Of a stretch of DNA of 57,744 nt, positions 35,291-44,777 are shown in pieces. The translations under genes and the position numbers were made by a program. The DNA is from a virus (taxonomy: Duplodnaviria > Caudoviricetes), in IMG/VR virus record IMGVR_UViG_3300037245_001071, positions 1 through 57,744 of that record; one strand, 5' to 3'. Each line of letters begins with the position of its first letter. Position 1 is the first letter of the stretch. The notes beneath the pieces were generated by a model. The model was not told where the DNA came from, did no database searches, and saw nothing but the letters and a program-made list of their open reading frames with translations.

Positions 35291-35587
35291 ATGAAAAAGT
35301 ACACTATATCATTTGAAATTGAAACCATTCAGGCTGGACAGAAACAATCCTATGGCGATAGTTATTATACTTATAAAGTAACTAGCACTAGCAGCGAACA
35401 GGAAGTTAAAGGATTTTGCATGAATTCGTTACGAATAAGTTACAAAAAAGAAGATATGCCAGATCCTTTTGCGGGTGAATTATTGGAGTTTAAAAAACTC
35501 ACAGATAATAATGAAGGAAAAGGTTTTTTAGATTCTCGTGAACCTGAAACGTATAGTTACAAAACCAGAAATATATATACTGGGTAA
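35291..35587 (+). CDS. hypothetical protein
   Basis: Packed ORF. Confidence 0.6.
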   Translation: MKKYTISFEIETIQAGQKQSYGDSYYTYKVTSTSSEQEVKGFCMNSLRISYKKEDMPDPFAGELLEFKKLTDNNEGKGFLDSREPETYSYKTRNIYTG

Positions 35588-35626
35588 ATAATTTTGGAAA
35601 TGGAAGATAATTTGTAAGATTATTCT

Positions 35627-35712
35627 TATATTTGGTATGCAGTCAAAGTTTAGCGGCTTTGTTCAATGAGGTTTACACTTTCCTACTGCATTACTTCTAA
35701 TAAAGTGTACAA
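35627..35712 (+). promoter_or_regulatory. promoter TATATTTG plus structured leader
   Basis: TAnnTTTG followed by TGCAGT/ACTGCA, CAAAG/CTTTG and TACACTTT/AAAGTGTA complementary pairs. Confidence 0.55.
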
Positions 35713-35724
35713 AAAAGTATCATA

Positions 35725-36192
35725 ATGGGTAAATCAATTGATGAACAAAGAGCCTCAATAAGAGACAAAGGCAAAAAGCAAACAAAACTAGAAAAATACA
35801 GGAATAGGGTTGAAAATAATAGGTATTATTCAAATACAATGTTTGTTAGAGGTTTATATAAACTTTATTACAATAATCAAGTTGTTTATGTTGGAATGTC
35901 AAAAACGAATGTATTTAATCGAATAACAGACCACTTTAATGATGAAGATAAGATATTTGATAGTTTTAGTTTTAAAAGCTACCTTGACTTAAGTGACAGA
36001 GCGTTAGAGCAAATCGAAGCGGACGTTATTAAAAAATTAAGACCAAAATATAATAAAACTCACAATAACGACAGAAATTTAAAAGAAATACCATACGTAT
36101 ATAAAAAGCTGCCAAAATCAAGATTCAACACAGAAACAAAATCTTTGAAGTATTCCGAAACGATAAGCGGCAAAAGAATATATGACAAATAA
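35725..36192 (+). CDS. GIY-YIG nuclease-family protein
   Basis: GLYKL...VVYVGMS...RI..H...E...I..LRPKYN. Confidence 0.85.
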   Translation: MGKSIDEQRASIRDKGKKQTKLEKYRNRVENNRYYSNTMFVRGLYKLYYNNQVVYVGMSKTNVFNRITDHFNDEDKIFDSFSFKSYLDLSDRALEQIEADVIKKLRPKYNKTHNNDRNLKEIPYVYKKLPKSRFNTETKSLKYSETISGKRIYDK

Positions 36193-36231
36193 TTATCACT
36201 ATAAAGCTAACTGTCCTAAAACTAAACTATT

Positions 36232-36414
36232 ATGGATAATAAAAAAGGAAATTTTGATTTTTTAAAGAGTGAAGAAGTTTCTGAATTATCAGAAAGTCAA
36301 CAAAATGACTTATTCAGGGTTGGAGAAGTTGTTGAAATTAAAAATAGTAGATTCAGAGTTCAGAAAATATGGAATAATAAAATACAATTTAAGCTACTTC
36401 CTAAAGATGAGTAG
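36232..36414 (+). CDS. hypothetical protein
   Basis: FRVGEVVEIK SH3-like pattern. Confidence 0.55.
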   Translation: MDNKKGNFDFLKSEEVSELSESQQNDLFRVGEVVEIKNSRFRVQKIWNNKIQFKLLPKDE

Positions 36415-37039
36415 TTACAAAATATTATCATCTGGCTCCCACGGCAACGCTATAATTTACCACAATTCTATATTATTAGATATTGGAGTATCATATAGCT
36501 TAATCGAACCTTACATAATGGATATTCAAATAGTATTATTAACACACGAGCACTTTTCAGACCATTTAAACATGGCAACGCTTGAAAGAATGCAATTTGA
36601 AAGACCATCGTTAAGAATCGGAGCACCAGCGCATATGTTAAAACACGTTAATCATTTACGCAATATAGATGTTTTCGAGGTTGGCAAATGGTATGATTAC
36701 GGGGAGTTTGATTTGAGCACTATAAAACTGTATCATGATGTTGAAAATGTTGGCTACAGGATATTTAAAGATTCACATAAAACAATACATTGTACTGACA
36801 CGGGGCATTTAATCGGAATTCAAGCAAAAGACTATGATTTATTCGCACTCGAACATAACTATTCAGAAGAAACAGTACATGAAAGCATTGCAGCAATTGA
36901 AGCCCGTGGACAATTTGCCTATCAAAAAGGAGCTATAAATACACATTTAAGCTCAGAACAAGCACAAGAATTTTTCTTTAAAAACAAAGGAGAAAACAGC
37001 GAAGTAATAAGATTACACGAAAGTAGTAGTAATAAATAA
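36407..37039 (+). CDS. MBL-fold metallo-hydrolase
   Basis: SSGSHGN, LTHEHFSDH, YHDV, TDT, EHNY, HLS. Confidence 0.9.
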   Translation: MSSYKILSSGSHGNAIIYHNSILLDIGVSYSLIEPYIMDIQIVLLTHEHFSDHLNMATLERMQFERPSLRIGAPAHMLKHVNHLRNIDVFEVGKWYDYGEFDLSTIKLYHDVENVGYRIFKDSHKTIHCTDTGHLIGIQAKDYDLFALEHNYSEETVHESIAAIEARGQFAYQKGAINTHLSSEQAQEFFFKNKGENSEVIRLHESSSNK

Positions 37040-37048
37040 ACCTGAATT

Positions 37049-37525
37049 ATGGAAACAATAAAATTTAGAGGAAAAAGGATAACAACGAAACAATGGGTTT
37101 ATGGATATTTATTCCAAAATATTAAGCCAAAATACACATTTTCTTATATAATTGAAGGTGGATTTGTTCCAGTACTTAGTATGCCTTCAGAAAACTTTAT
37201 AGAAGTTGATATAAAAACAATAGGTCAATTCACTAATTTCAAACTTAAAAAAGGGCGTGAAGTTTACCATGGAGATATTGCATTCACAGAAGTAGAAAAA
37301 GACCATGGAGATATTAGGTTATATATGGTGTGTTGGTGGATTAAGGAATGGGGTGTTTTTGCTTGGTTGAATGATTATGAATATCTTAGTTATATTGATA
37401 ACGGAATATCTGCACTTGATGAAGGATTTCAGAACACATACAATATGGAAGATTCTGAAAAATTCAATTACGCTGGAAATATATATGATAATGATTTGAT
37501 AGAATTAATGACATATAAACCTTAA
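37049..37525 (+). CDS. YopX-family protein
   Basis: IKFRGK...WVYG...TIGQFT...VYHGDI...GNIYDN. Confidence 0.85.
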   Translation: METIKFRGKRITTKQWVYGYLFQNIKPKYTFSYIIEGGFVPVLSMPSENFIEVDIKTIGQFTNFKLKKGREVYHGDIAFTEVEKDHGDIRLYMVCWWIKEWGVFAWLNDYEYLSYIDNGISALDEGFQNTYNMEDSEKFNYAGNIYDNDLIELMTYKP

Positions 37526-37527
37526 TT

Positions 37528-38409
37528 ATGACTAAAATACAATGGACTGACGAATCTTGGAATCCAATAATAGGATGTGAACCAATAAGCCCAGGATGTA
37601 AAAACTGCTATGCTGAAAAGATGGCTTTTAGATTATTACATATGCCTAAAACATCATATTATATGCATGTAGTAAAAGATAATGGTAAGGTGTTGGAAGA
37701 TTTTAGGTATATAAAAGAATGGAACGGAAAAACACACTTTGCAGAATCCCAACTAGAAAAGCCTTTTAAGTGGAAAAAGCCACGAATGATATTTGTTTGC
37801 TCAATGGGTGATTTGTTTCATGAATCAGTACCTTTTGAATGGATAGATAAAGTTTGGTTTGTAATAGCACAAAACCCACAACACACGTTTCAGATTTTGA
37901 CAAAAAGACCCGAAAGAATGAAAGATTATTTTATTCATATGGGTAGAGAAGCGCAGCAAAATGATGAAGAGTGTATTGCTGGTAAATGGTTAAATCCATT
38001 AAAATATTTTGATGTTTTACCTAACTTATGGCTAGGCGTAACTACCGAAAACCAAGAACAAGCAAATAAACGTATTCCTATTTTGTGTCAAATTCCAGCG
38101 GCAAAACGGTTTATTAGTTGCGAACCTTTACTTAGTGATATTGATTTGCAATACCCAGAAGAACATTTTCCAGACGGACCGCAAATGTGTTGTTCAGGTT
38201 CAGAATGCGGCTGTTTAGGTTTACCAACAGAACCACCAGTAATAAATCATTTAGATTGGGTAATTGCAGGACCAGAAACTGGACACAAAGCCCGACCAAT
38301 GAAAAAAGAATGGATTCGAAATATTTATAGTCAATGTAAAGCTGCAAAAGTTCCTTTCTTTGACAAGAAAAACACTTTAGGATTAGATTTAACTCAAATA
38401 CCTGAATAA
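37528..38409 (+). CDS. DUF5131 / phage gp37-gp68 family (radical-SAM-like)
   Basis: IQWTD.SWNPIIGC.PISPGCKNCYA, SMGDLFH, LTKRP, SCEPLL. Confidence 0.92.
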   Translation: MTKIQWTDESWNPIIGCEPISPGCKNCYAEKMAFRLLHMPKTSYYMHVVKDNGKVLEDFRYIKEWNGKTHFAESQLEKPFKWKKPRMIFVCSMGDLFHESVPFEWIDKVWFVIAQNPQHTFQILTKRPERMKDYFIHMGREAQQNDEECIAGKWLNPLKYFDVLPNLWLGVTTENQEQANKRIPILCQIPAAKRFISCEPLLSDIDLQYPEEHFPDGPQMCCSGSECGCLGLPTEPPVINHLDWVIAGPETGHKARPMKKEWIRNIYSQCKAAKVPFFDKKNTLGLDLTQIPE

Positions 38410-38576
38410 TGAAAAGAAGAGCAAAAATAACTAAATGTAAGAATTTTAAACCAGCTAGTAATGTGTTTGGAATATGCAAAAGCCCAAATAAAACAGGTGG
38501 TTGTACTCATGAGTTTTTGGACCAATGTGTTCATTCAGATAGGAAATATAAAATCAAATCTCAAATACCTGAATAA
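38409..38576 (+). CDS. 55-aa Cys-rich protein flanked by an 18-bp direct repeat
   Basis: Read by hand: MKRRAKITKCKNF...C...C...C...SQIPE. Confidence 0.55.
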   Translation: MKRRAKITKCKNFKPASNVFGICKSPNKTGGCTHEFLDQCVHSDRKYKIKSQIPE

Positions 38577-38577
38577 T

Positions 38578-38865
38578 ATGAACCAAAACGAAAAAGACCT
38601 ACTTAAAAAATCAATTAAACTAATTAAGATTAGCTTTTTGATTGACAAATTAGAAACTGAATTAAGCACATTTAACCCTATTAGATACATAAGCGATACT
38701 GAATCATGTGTTAAGTATGAAAGGTTGCTAAAATTGTGTACTGAAATAACCAAGATGCATGATAAAAAAGCCAGCAAAACATCTGAATCATTTGGGGTTG
38801 AAGTTTATGAAAAACTAGGAACAGAAATAGATTCAGCATTTGATAATTTACTTAAATTGTTTTAA
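38578..38865 (+). CDS. hypothetical protein
   Basis: Likely start MNQNEK at 38578. Confidence 0.55.
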   Translation: MNQNEKDLLKKSIKLIKISFLIDKLETELSTFNPIRYISDTESCVKYERLLKLCTEITKMHDKKASKTSESFGVEVYEKLGTEIDSAFDNLLKLF

Positions 38866-38867
38866 CC

Positions 38868-39236
38868 ATGGAAAACATAAGAAACGAGTACATACCCTTT
38901 ATTGTAAAGGATGTAATTAGTAAAAAGAAACCCGAAACAGAAAGTCAATTTATAGAATTTGCACAAGCATTATATGACCAAATTAAAAAGCGTAAGCTAA
39001 ATGCAATTAGATTAATAGAAATACAAAATGGTAGGTCGTATGAGGTTGGAAATACTGTAATATTAGTAGGCATTAAGAAAAGAAGCTATACTATTACCGA
39101 AATTGTAGACGAAACAAAGCCTTATTATGATTCAAAAGAGTATGAATTTCATGTATTCGCCAAAACAGAATCAAATACTACTGTATTATTGGCTAAGGTT
39201 ATTAATTGTCCTGTTGTTGTTGAATATGAAATCTAA
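38868..39236 (+). CDS. hypothetical protein (N-terminus paralogous to 53297-53458)
   Basis: Shared MENIRN.YIPFIVK...FIEFAQALYDQI. Confidence 0.65.
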   Translation: MENIRNEYIPFIVKDVISKKKPETESQFIEFAQALYDQIKKRKLNAIRLIEIQNGRSYEVGNTVILVGIKKRSYTITEIVDETKPYYDSKEYEFHVFAKTESNTTVLLAKVINCPVVVEYEI

Positions 39237-39241
39237 TTATT

Positions 39242-39892
39242 ATGAAAACATCACACATAATTATGGCTGTACTATGTTTAATGTTTCTTGCTTTTTCAGC
39301 GGGATATGGTACGCATGAAATAATCATTATTAAACAGAACGAAAAAGAACAAACGATTGAAAAATTAGCTAATTCTAAAGGAGGTAAGCGGCTAATAGAA
39401 GGTATAAATAAATATTACAATAAAAACTACACTATGGAAAAAGATATTTATAAAATGAAATTGCATGATAAAATAATATTAGATAATGCAAGATTAATAA
39501 TGAGAGTTCCAGGAGGTTGGATTTATGGATTTGGAAACGAAAAAGGAACAACAGATGTATTTGTGCCATGGGACAATGAGTTTCAGAAAAAACCACAACC
39601 CGAACTATTTTCAAAGGAGAAAAAAGAGAAATTAACCATCGAACAAAGAAAAGAAGCCTTTAAAATTCGATTAGAAGAAGTTAATACTGAGGTAATGTTT
39701 AAAAAAGAGGCTCTGGATGAATTCTTTAGTTACTGGACTGAACCAAATCAAACAAATACAAAAATGAAGTTCGAAATGCAAAAAACATGGTCGTTCAGTC
39801 GTAGATTGTCAACATGGGCTAAAAGAAGTAATCAATTTAATAATGAGGAATCAAATAATGAGCAACCCACAACAACGATTACAGGATTCTGA
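39242..39892 (+). CDS. chimeric protein with replication-initiator-type C-terminal domain
   Basis: FFSYWTE...KMKFEMQKTW...RLSTW directly upstream of dnaB; N-terminal TM segment. Confidence 0.55.
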   Translation: MKTSHIIMAVLCLMFLAFSAGYGTHEIIIIKQNEKEQTIEKLANSKGGKRLIEGINKYYNKNYTMEKDIYKMKLHDKIILDNARLIMRVPGGWIYGFGNEKGTTDVFVPWDNEFQKKPQPELFSKEKKEKLTIEQRKEAFKIRLEEVNTEVMFKKEALDEFFSYWTEPNQTNTKMKFEMQKTWSFSRRLSTWAKRSNQFNNEESNNEQPTTTITGF

Positions 39893-41258
39893 GTTCGGCA
39901 AGGTTCCACCATCTAATGTAGACCTAGAGGAAGTTGTAATAGGTGCTTTAATTTCAGAATCTACAGCTATAGACAAGGTTGAAAATATATTAAGCCCTGA
40001 ATGCTTTTACAAAGACCATCATTCAATTATATACATGGCAATACGGGACATGCACGCAAAGCAAATTCAAATAGACATGTTTACCATTAAATCAGAGCTC
40101 GAAAAAATGGGTAAGATTGAAGAAATTGGAGGCATGTTTTATTTAACTCAATTAATGCACAAAGTAGGATCTACAGCGCACATTGAACAACATGCTTTTA
40201 TTATATTTCAATCATATTTAAAAAGAGAAGTTATAAGAATATCAAGCGATTTACAGCGGAAAAGTTTTGATGATTCTGTTGATATTGAGGATTTACTTTC
40301 TGAGTTAAATATAGCTGTTGAAAAATTAAACGATTTATCAGTTGGAAACACAGAAGAAAATTCAATAGGATATGTTTTAAGTAAATGCATGGTTGCACTA
40401 GAGGGTAGAATGAAACAAGACCCAAAAGATGCATCGAAAGGCATGCCGTCAGGACTGCCAACGCTAGACGATTTAATTATTGGTCTTAAAGGTGGAAAAT
40501 TAATAATTATTGCAGGTCGCCCAGGAATGGCAAAAACAAGCTTGGGTATTTCAATTGCTAAATCCATAAGTGAAGAAGATAAATACGCTGCTATTTGGTC
40601 CCTTGAGATGGATAAAATAGAATTGGGTGATAAATTAATAAAAGGTGAATCGGATGTTGATAGTTATCGTTATGAAAAAGGAACAGTAACCGATAAAGAG
40701 TTAATGTCAATCGAAAAGAGTCTTCATAAGCTAGAAAACCTAAACATAATAATTGATGATAAAGCTCGTATCTCAGTAAGGGAAATTAAATCCAGAGCAA
40801 GGAGATTGTATAAAGAAGGAAAACTACATGCTATAATAATTGATTATTTGCAGTTGATAAGTATGGAGGATAGGTATAATAAGAATAGAGAAGAACTAAT
40901 TGCCAACACAACAAGAGAGTTTAAGATTTTAGCAAAAGAATTAAATGTTCCGCTTATATTAATAGCTCAATTATCTAGAAAAGTAGAAGACAGAGGAGGC
41001 TCAAAAAGACCTCAATTAGCAGATTTAAGAGAATCCGGAGCTATTGAACAGGATGCCGATATAGTGTTATTGATGTATTGTCCTGAGATTTATGGATTCA
41101 ACAATGAGCACGGTGAAAAAATAGTAGGTGTCGGTGAAATTATAGTTGCAAAAAATAGAGGTGGGAAAATAGGCGATTGTAAATTCTACTATAATCCTTC
41201 TCGAACTAAATTAACATCAGAACCACAAACAGAAGAAACGAACGATTTACCTTTTTAA
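39858..41258 (+). CDS. dnaB: replicative DNA helicase
   Basis: AGRPGMAKT, SLEM, IIDYLQL, AQLSR, DLRESGAIEQDAD, AKNR. Confidence 0.97.
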   Translation: MSNPQQRLQDSEFGKVPPSNVDLEEVVIGALISESTAIDKVENILSPECFYKDHHSIIYMAIRDMHAKQIQIDMFTIKSELEKMGKIEEIGGMFYLTQLMHKVGSTAHIEQHAFIIFQSYLKREVIRISSDLQRKSFDDSVDIEDLLSELNIAVEKLNDLSVGNTEENSIGYVLSKCMVALEGRMKQDPKDASKGMPSGLPTLDDLIIGLKGGKLIIIAGRPGMAKTSLGISIAKSISEEDKYAAIWSLEMDKIELGDKLIKGESDVDSYRYEKGTVTDKELMSIEKSLHKLENLNIIIDDKARISVREIKSRARRLYKEGKLHAIIIDYLQLISMEDRYNKNREELIANTTREFKILAKELNVPLILIAQLSRKVEDRGGSKRPQLADLRESGAIEQDADIVLLMYCPEIYGFNNEHGEKIVGVGEIIVAKNRGGKIGDCKFYYNPSRTKLTSEPQTEETNDLPF

Positions 41259-41267
41259 ATTAAAACT

Positions 41268-42116
41268 ATGACTGCATTACCACAATTAGGAATTGATCCT
41301 GGAATAAGCAACGGTTGTTTTTCAATAAGAAATAACGGAAAGCTTATAAATATTCGAATGAAAGAAGAGTTTAGGGATATAATGGAAATTCTAAAACCTT
41401 TTGGAGGTTCGCCAACCGATACAGATATAAGATGTTTAATTGAAAGAATTTACATTAACCCTTTTTCATCGCCAAAAGTAAACGCCAACATGCAAAGACT
41501 AATGACTAATTTTGAAAGGTTAAAAGATGCTCTTTATGCATGTAATATTCCTTATCAAGTTGTAGAGGCTAAAGCTTGGCAAAAGTTTCATAATTTAGTA
41601 CAAAAGAAAGAAAAGGGAATCGATTATGATGCATTAGACTCCTTAAAAAAAGACCTTCGCCACCTAACCACGCATTTAAAAATAGAAAACAATGTAAAAA
41701 ATGATGAAGTTATAGCCGGTGATGTAAAGCATATTTTAGAAACATCTGGAAAACACGAAGCAAGAAAAATGCTATGTGATGGTTATTTGTTCTTTACAAA
41801 ATCACAATTAAAGAGCGCAATTGAAGAAACTGAAAAGGAAATAACCAAATTCAAGAGCAAAGAAAAACAGATCCGCAAAGGCAGATATAAAGACTATGCA
41901 AATAAGGTTTATATTAAATCTCTGATAGGTGACGATGAAAAGCGAATTGAAAGGATAACTAATGAGCTTAAGATTGACGTAAAAGGCTTCTTTTATAATA
42001 ATGTAGCTATTACACCTGCAGAGTTGAGAAAGTTGTTTAAACTGTATAAATTGAAGCCATTGACTTTGAATGAATGTGATGCTGTTTTGATTTTGTTGTA
42101 TCAATTGAATAGTTAG
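41268..42116 (+). CDS. RuvC-like Holliday junction resolvase with large insertions
   Basis: GIDPG, IER, WQK, CDAVLI. Confidence 0.65.
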   Translation: MTALPQLGIDPGISNGCFSIRNNGKLINIRMKEEFRDIMEILKPFGGSPTDTDIRCLIERIYINPFSSPKVNANMQRLMTNFERLKDALYACNIPYQVVEAKAWQKFHNLVQKKEKGIDYDALDSLKKDLRHLTTHLKIENNVKNDEVIAGDVKHILETSGKHEARKMLCDGYLFFTKSQLKSAIEETEKEITKFKSKEKQIRKGRYKDYANKVYIKSLIGDDEKRIERITNELKIDVKGFFYNNVAITPAELRKLFKLYKLKPLTLNECDAVLILLYQLNS

Positions 42117-42117
42117 G

Positions 42118-43086
42118 ATGAAAGAAATTAATGTAGTTAGTTTATTTAATGGAATGGGAACTTTACGACAGGCATTTTGTGATATTAATATTAAGATTGA
42201 TAAATACTATTCGAGCGAGATAAAACCCTATGCTATCGAATTGCAGCAACATCATTTTTCAGACGTGATACAAGTTGGAAATATTAAGAACTGGAAAGAA
42301 TGGGATATTGATTGGAAAACTATTGATTTTATAGGTAGCGGTTCGCCTTGTCAGGATTTGAGTGGAGCTGGTAAACGTGCAGGAATTAATGGAGATAAAA
42401 GTAGTTTATTTTTTGTGTTTATTGAAATATTGGAATACGTTAAAAAATTAAACCCGAATGTTATTTTCTTACAAGAGAATGTTGGAAGTGCTAGTAAGTT
42501 AGATATTGGCATTATGAGTAGAAAACTAGGCGTTTACCCAGTTAGAATAAATAGTAGTTTGGTGACAGCACAACAACGTGATAGATATTACTGGACCAAT
42601 ATAAAAACAAAGGAAACAATGTTTGATATTATTACCGACATACCACAACCAAAAGACAAAGGAATTTTACTTTCAGATGTTATTGAAAATGGTTTTGTTG
42701 ATAGAGATAAGGCTCGTGCTATTTTACAAAGCGAAGGTAGGCTAAATACAGACATGAAAAAACTATTAAGAAGATACAAAACTGTTGGATTTGGGAATGT
42801 TGTTTATTGCGTAGCGCAAAGAGGGAGGGGAATTGGTAAGGGTAATTATGTACAACAATATGAAGTTAATTTAAAGCAAAAATCAAATACACTTACGTTA
42901 GTAGATAAAGATAACTTTATGTTTAATGGTGAACAGATAAGACCTTTTTCTAAAATAGAATTATGTAGGTTGCAAGGATTTCCAGATAACTATTGCGATA
43001 TACTTACAAGAAATAAAGCAGCAAGTCTATTAGGTGACGGATGGACTTTGCCAATAATAGAGCACATTTTAAGTTTTTACAAATGA
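42118..43086 (+). CDS. DNA (cytosine-5)-methyltransferase
   Basis: SLFNG, GSPCQD, ENV, Q.R.RYYW, RLQGFP, LGDGW. Confidence 0.93.
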   Translation: MKEINVVSLFNGMGTLRQAFCDINIKIDKYYSSEIKPYAIELQQHHFSDVIQVGNIKNWKEWDIDWKTIDFIGSGSPCQDLSGAGKRAGINGDKSSLFFVFIEILEYVKKLNPNVIFLQENVGSASKLDIGIMSRKLGVYPVRINSSLVTAQQRDRYYWTNIKTKETMFDIITDIPQPKDKGILLSDVIENGFVDRDKARAILQSEGRLNTDMKKLLRRYKTVGFGNVVYCVAQRGRGIGKGNYVQQYEVNLKQKSNTLTLVDKDNFMFNGEQIRPFSKIELCRLQGFPDNYCDILTRNKAASLLGDGWTLPIIEHILSFYK

Positions 43087-43472
43087 AAAACCAAATAATA
43101 ATAACCGGTGCCATAAACAAAAAAGGTCAACACGGATTTTATAATATTGGAATGATTGAGGATTTCGCAAAGAAACATCCTAATAAGAACACAATTATAA
43201 CTATCCAGGTTGAAGATAAAGGAAGAAATGGCAGATTAGCTAATTATCACGCTAAAGTATTACCAGAATGGCAATATGAGCTATATTCTCAGCAGGGAAT
43301 AATAAAAACTATATCAGAGGTTGACGAATTCTTAAAATCAGGTTTCCCAATACTAAAACACAAAGGATTATCTGAATTATCGGACCAGGAGTTATTAATG
43401 TTTCTGGATTATGTAGAATTCAAGACTTTAGAAGAAATTAATGTATTCATCGAATCAGCGCATTGCTTATGA
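43083..43472 (+). CDS. hypothetical protein (NinB-like position and pattern)
   Basis: Likely start MKNQII; weak pattern only. Confidence 0.5.
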   Translation: MKNQIIITGAINKKGQHGFYNIGMIEDFAKKHPNKNTIITIQVEDKGRNGRLANYHAKVLPEWQYELYSQQGIIKTISEVDEFLKSGFPILKHKGLSELSDQELLMFLDYVEFKTLEEINVFIESAHCL

Positions 43473-43813
43473 AAGTTTTATTATTACGATTATCGGCTGA
43501 ACCTTGGGAATTAATGGAAAATTGCACCAAAAACAATGAGTATAGGTTTAATAATCCCAAAACCGATTGGATTAAAAGACGTTTAATATATTCTAAAACT
43601 GGAAAAGACAAACAATATGATGCCGTATTAATGCCTAATGGCTATGGAAAAGTGAGATACTTTGCAAGGACGTTTTTAGGCTACAAAATAGCACAAAAGA
43701 ACTACACAGTAACCTATGGAGATTTTAAAGTACACGTAAAAAAAGGCATGTATAATATTAAATTGGGAGCTGTAATAAAGAGAGGTAATATAAATTCAAA
43801 AGAACTGTTTTAA
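43469..43813 (+). CDS. ASCH/PUA-like domain protein
   Basis: L.L...W......K..EYR....W..RL...NGY. Confidence 0.7.
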   Translation: MKVLLLRLSAEPWELMENCTKNNEYRFNNPKTDWIKRRLIYSKTGKDKQYDAVLMPNGYGKVRYFARTFLGYKIAQKNYTVTYGDFKVHVKKGMYNIKLGAVIKRGNINSKELF

Positions 43814-43814
43814 A

Positions 43815-44573
43815 ATGATACTTAGAAGATTAGGTAATAAAAAGAAAATAGCAGCCGAAATACAAAAGCATTTTCCACCTCATAAAATATATATTGAACC
43901 TTTTTTTGGTGCTGGAGGTATGTTTTTTAATAAGCCAAAAGCAAAGTATAATATTGTGAATGATTTGGATTCTGATGTATTTAATTTATTCCAGGTTGTA
44001 ATGAACCAAAAAGAAGAACTCGAGAAAGCTTTTTATATAATGCCTATTCATTCAGATTTATTGGAGTACTGGAAAAGTAATTTAGAAACGGATCCAATTA
44101 AAAAGGCTTTGAGATTTTTACTCCTTAGTAATTTTACATTATTTGGTACTGGTGAATCATTAAGGTTAAGGGGTGGAGATAATGCAAAAGTAGAATTGTT
44201 AAAATTAATAGATCCAACGTTTAAGTTTTTACAAAACACCCAATTTACAAATTATGACTTTAGAAAATTCTTTAAATCTATAGAATATAAATCTGAAGAA
44301 TTTATTTATAATGATAGCCCTTATTTAGATACCAATGATAATTATTCAAACTCATTCACAGAACAAGATAGCTTCGATTTATTTGAAGCAAATCAAAATA
44401 CAGGCTGCAAATGGGCTATGTCAGAATTTGACCACCCATTTATATTAGAACAAGCCAAAGAACGAAACTTAAACGTTATAACAATTGGAGAGCGTCAAAA
44501 CTTAAAGAATCGCAGAATTGAAATATTAGTAACTAATTACCAGAACGATCCAACGCTATTTAATGATTTATAA
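43815..44573 (+). CDS. DNA adenine methyltransferase (Dam/D12 class)
   Basis: GNKKK, YIEPFFGAG, VNDLD; catalytic motif reads DSPY. Confidence 0.9.
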   Translation: MILRRLGNKKKIAAEIQKHFPPHKIYIEPFFGAGGMFFNKPKAKYNIVNDLDSDVFNLFQVVMNQKEELEKAFYIMPIHSDLLEYWKSNLETDPIKKALRFLLLSNFTLFGTGESLRLRGGDNAKVELLKLIDPTFKFLQNTQFTNYDFRKFFKSIEYKSEEFIYNDSPYLDTNDNYSNSFTEQDSFDLFEANQNTGCKWAMSEFDHPFILEQAKERNLNVITIGERQNLKNRRIEILVTNYQNDPTLFNDL

Positions 44574-44757
44574 ACATAAAAAATCAGGTCAATTAATGAC
44601 TATAATAAGATCATTTGGAAAACCTCCAACAGTTGCAAGGTGTAGATTATTAAAACCTATTCCCTATAAAAAGTGGGGACGAACATTTTACAGAGATACA
44701 GCGGTTTGTCATTTGGACAATCTTGAAGAAACAAATGAAAAATTGAAATTATTTTAA
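44563..44757 (+). CDS. hypothetical protein
   Basis: Packed ORF. Confidence 0.5.
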   Translation: MIYKHKKSGQLMTIIRSFGKPPTVARCRLLKPIPYKKWGRTFYRDTAVCHLDNLEETNEKLKLF

Positions 44758-44777
44758 TATAAATTAAATATACAAAC

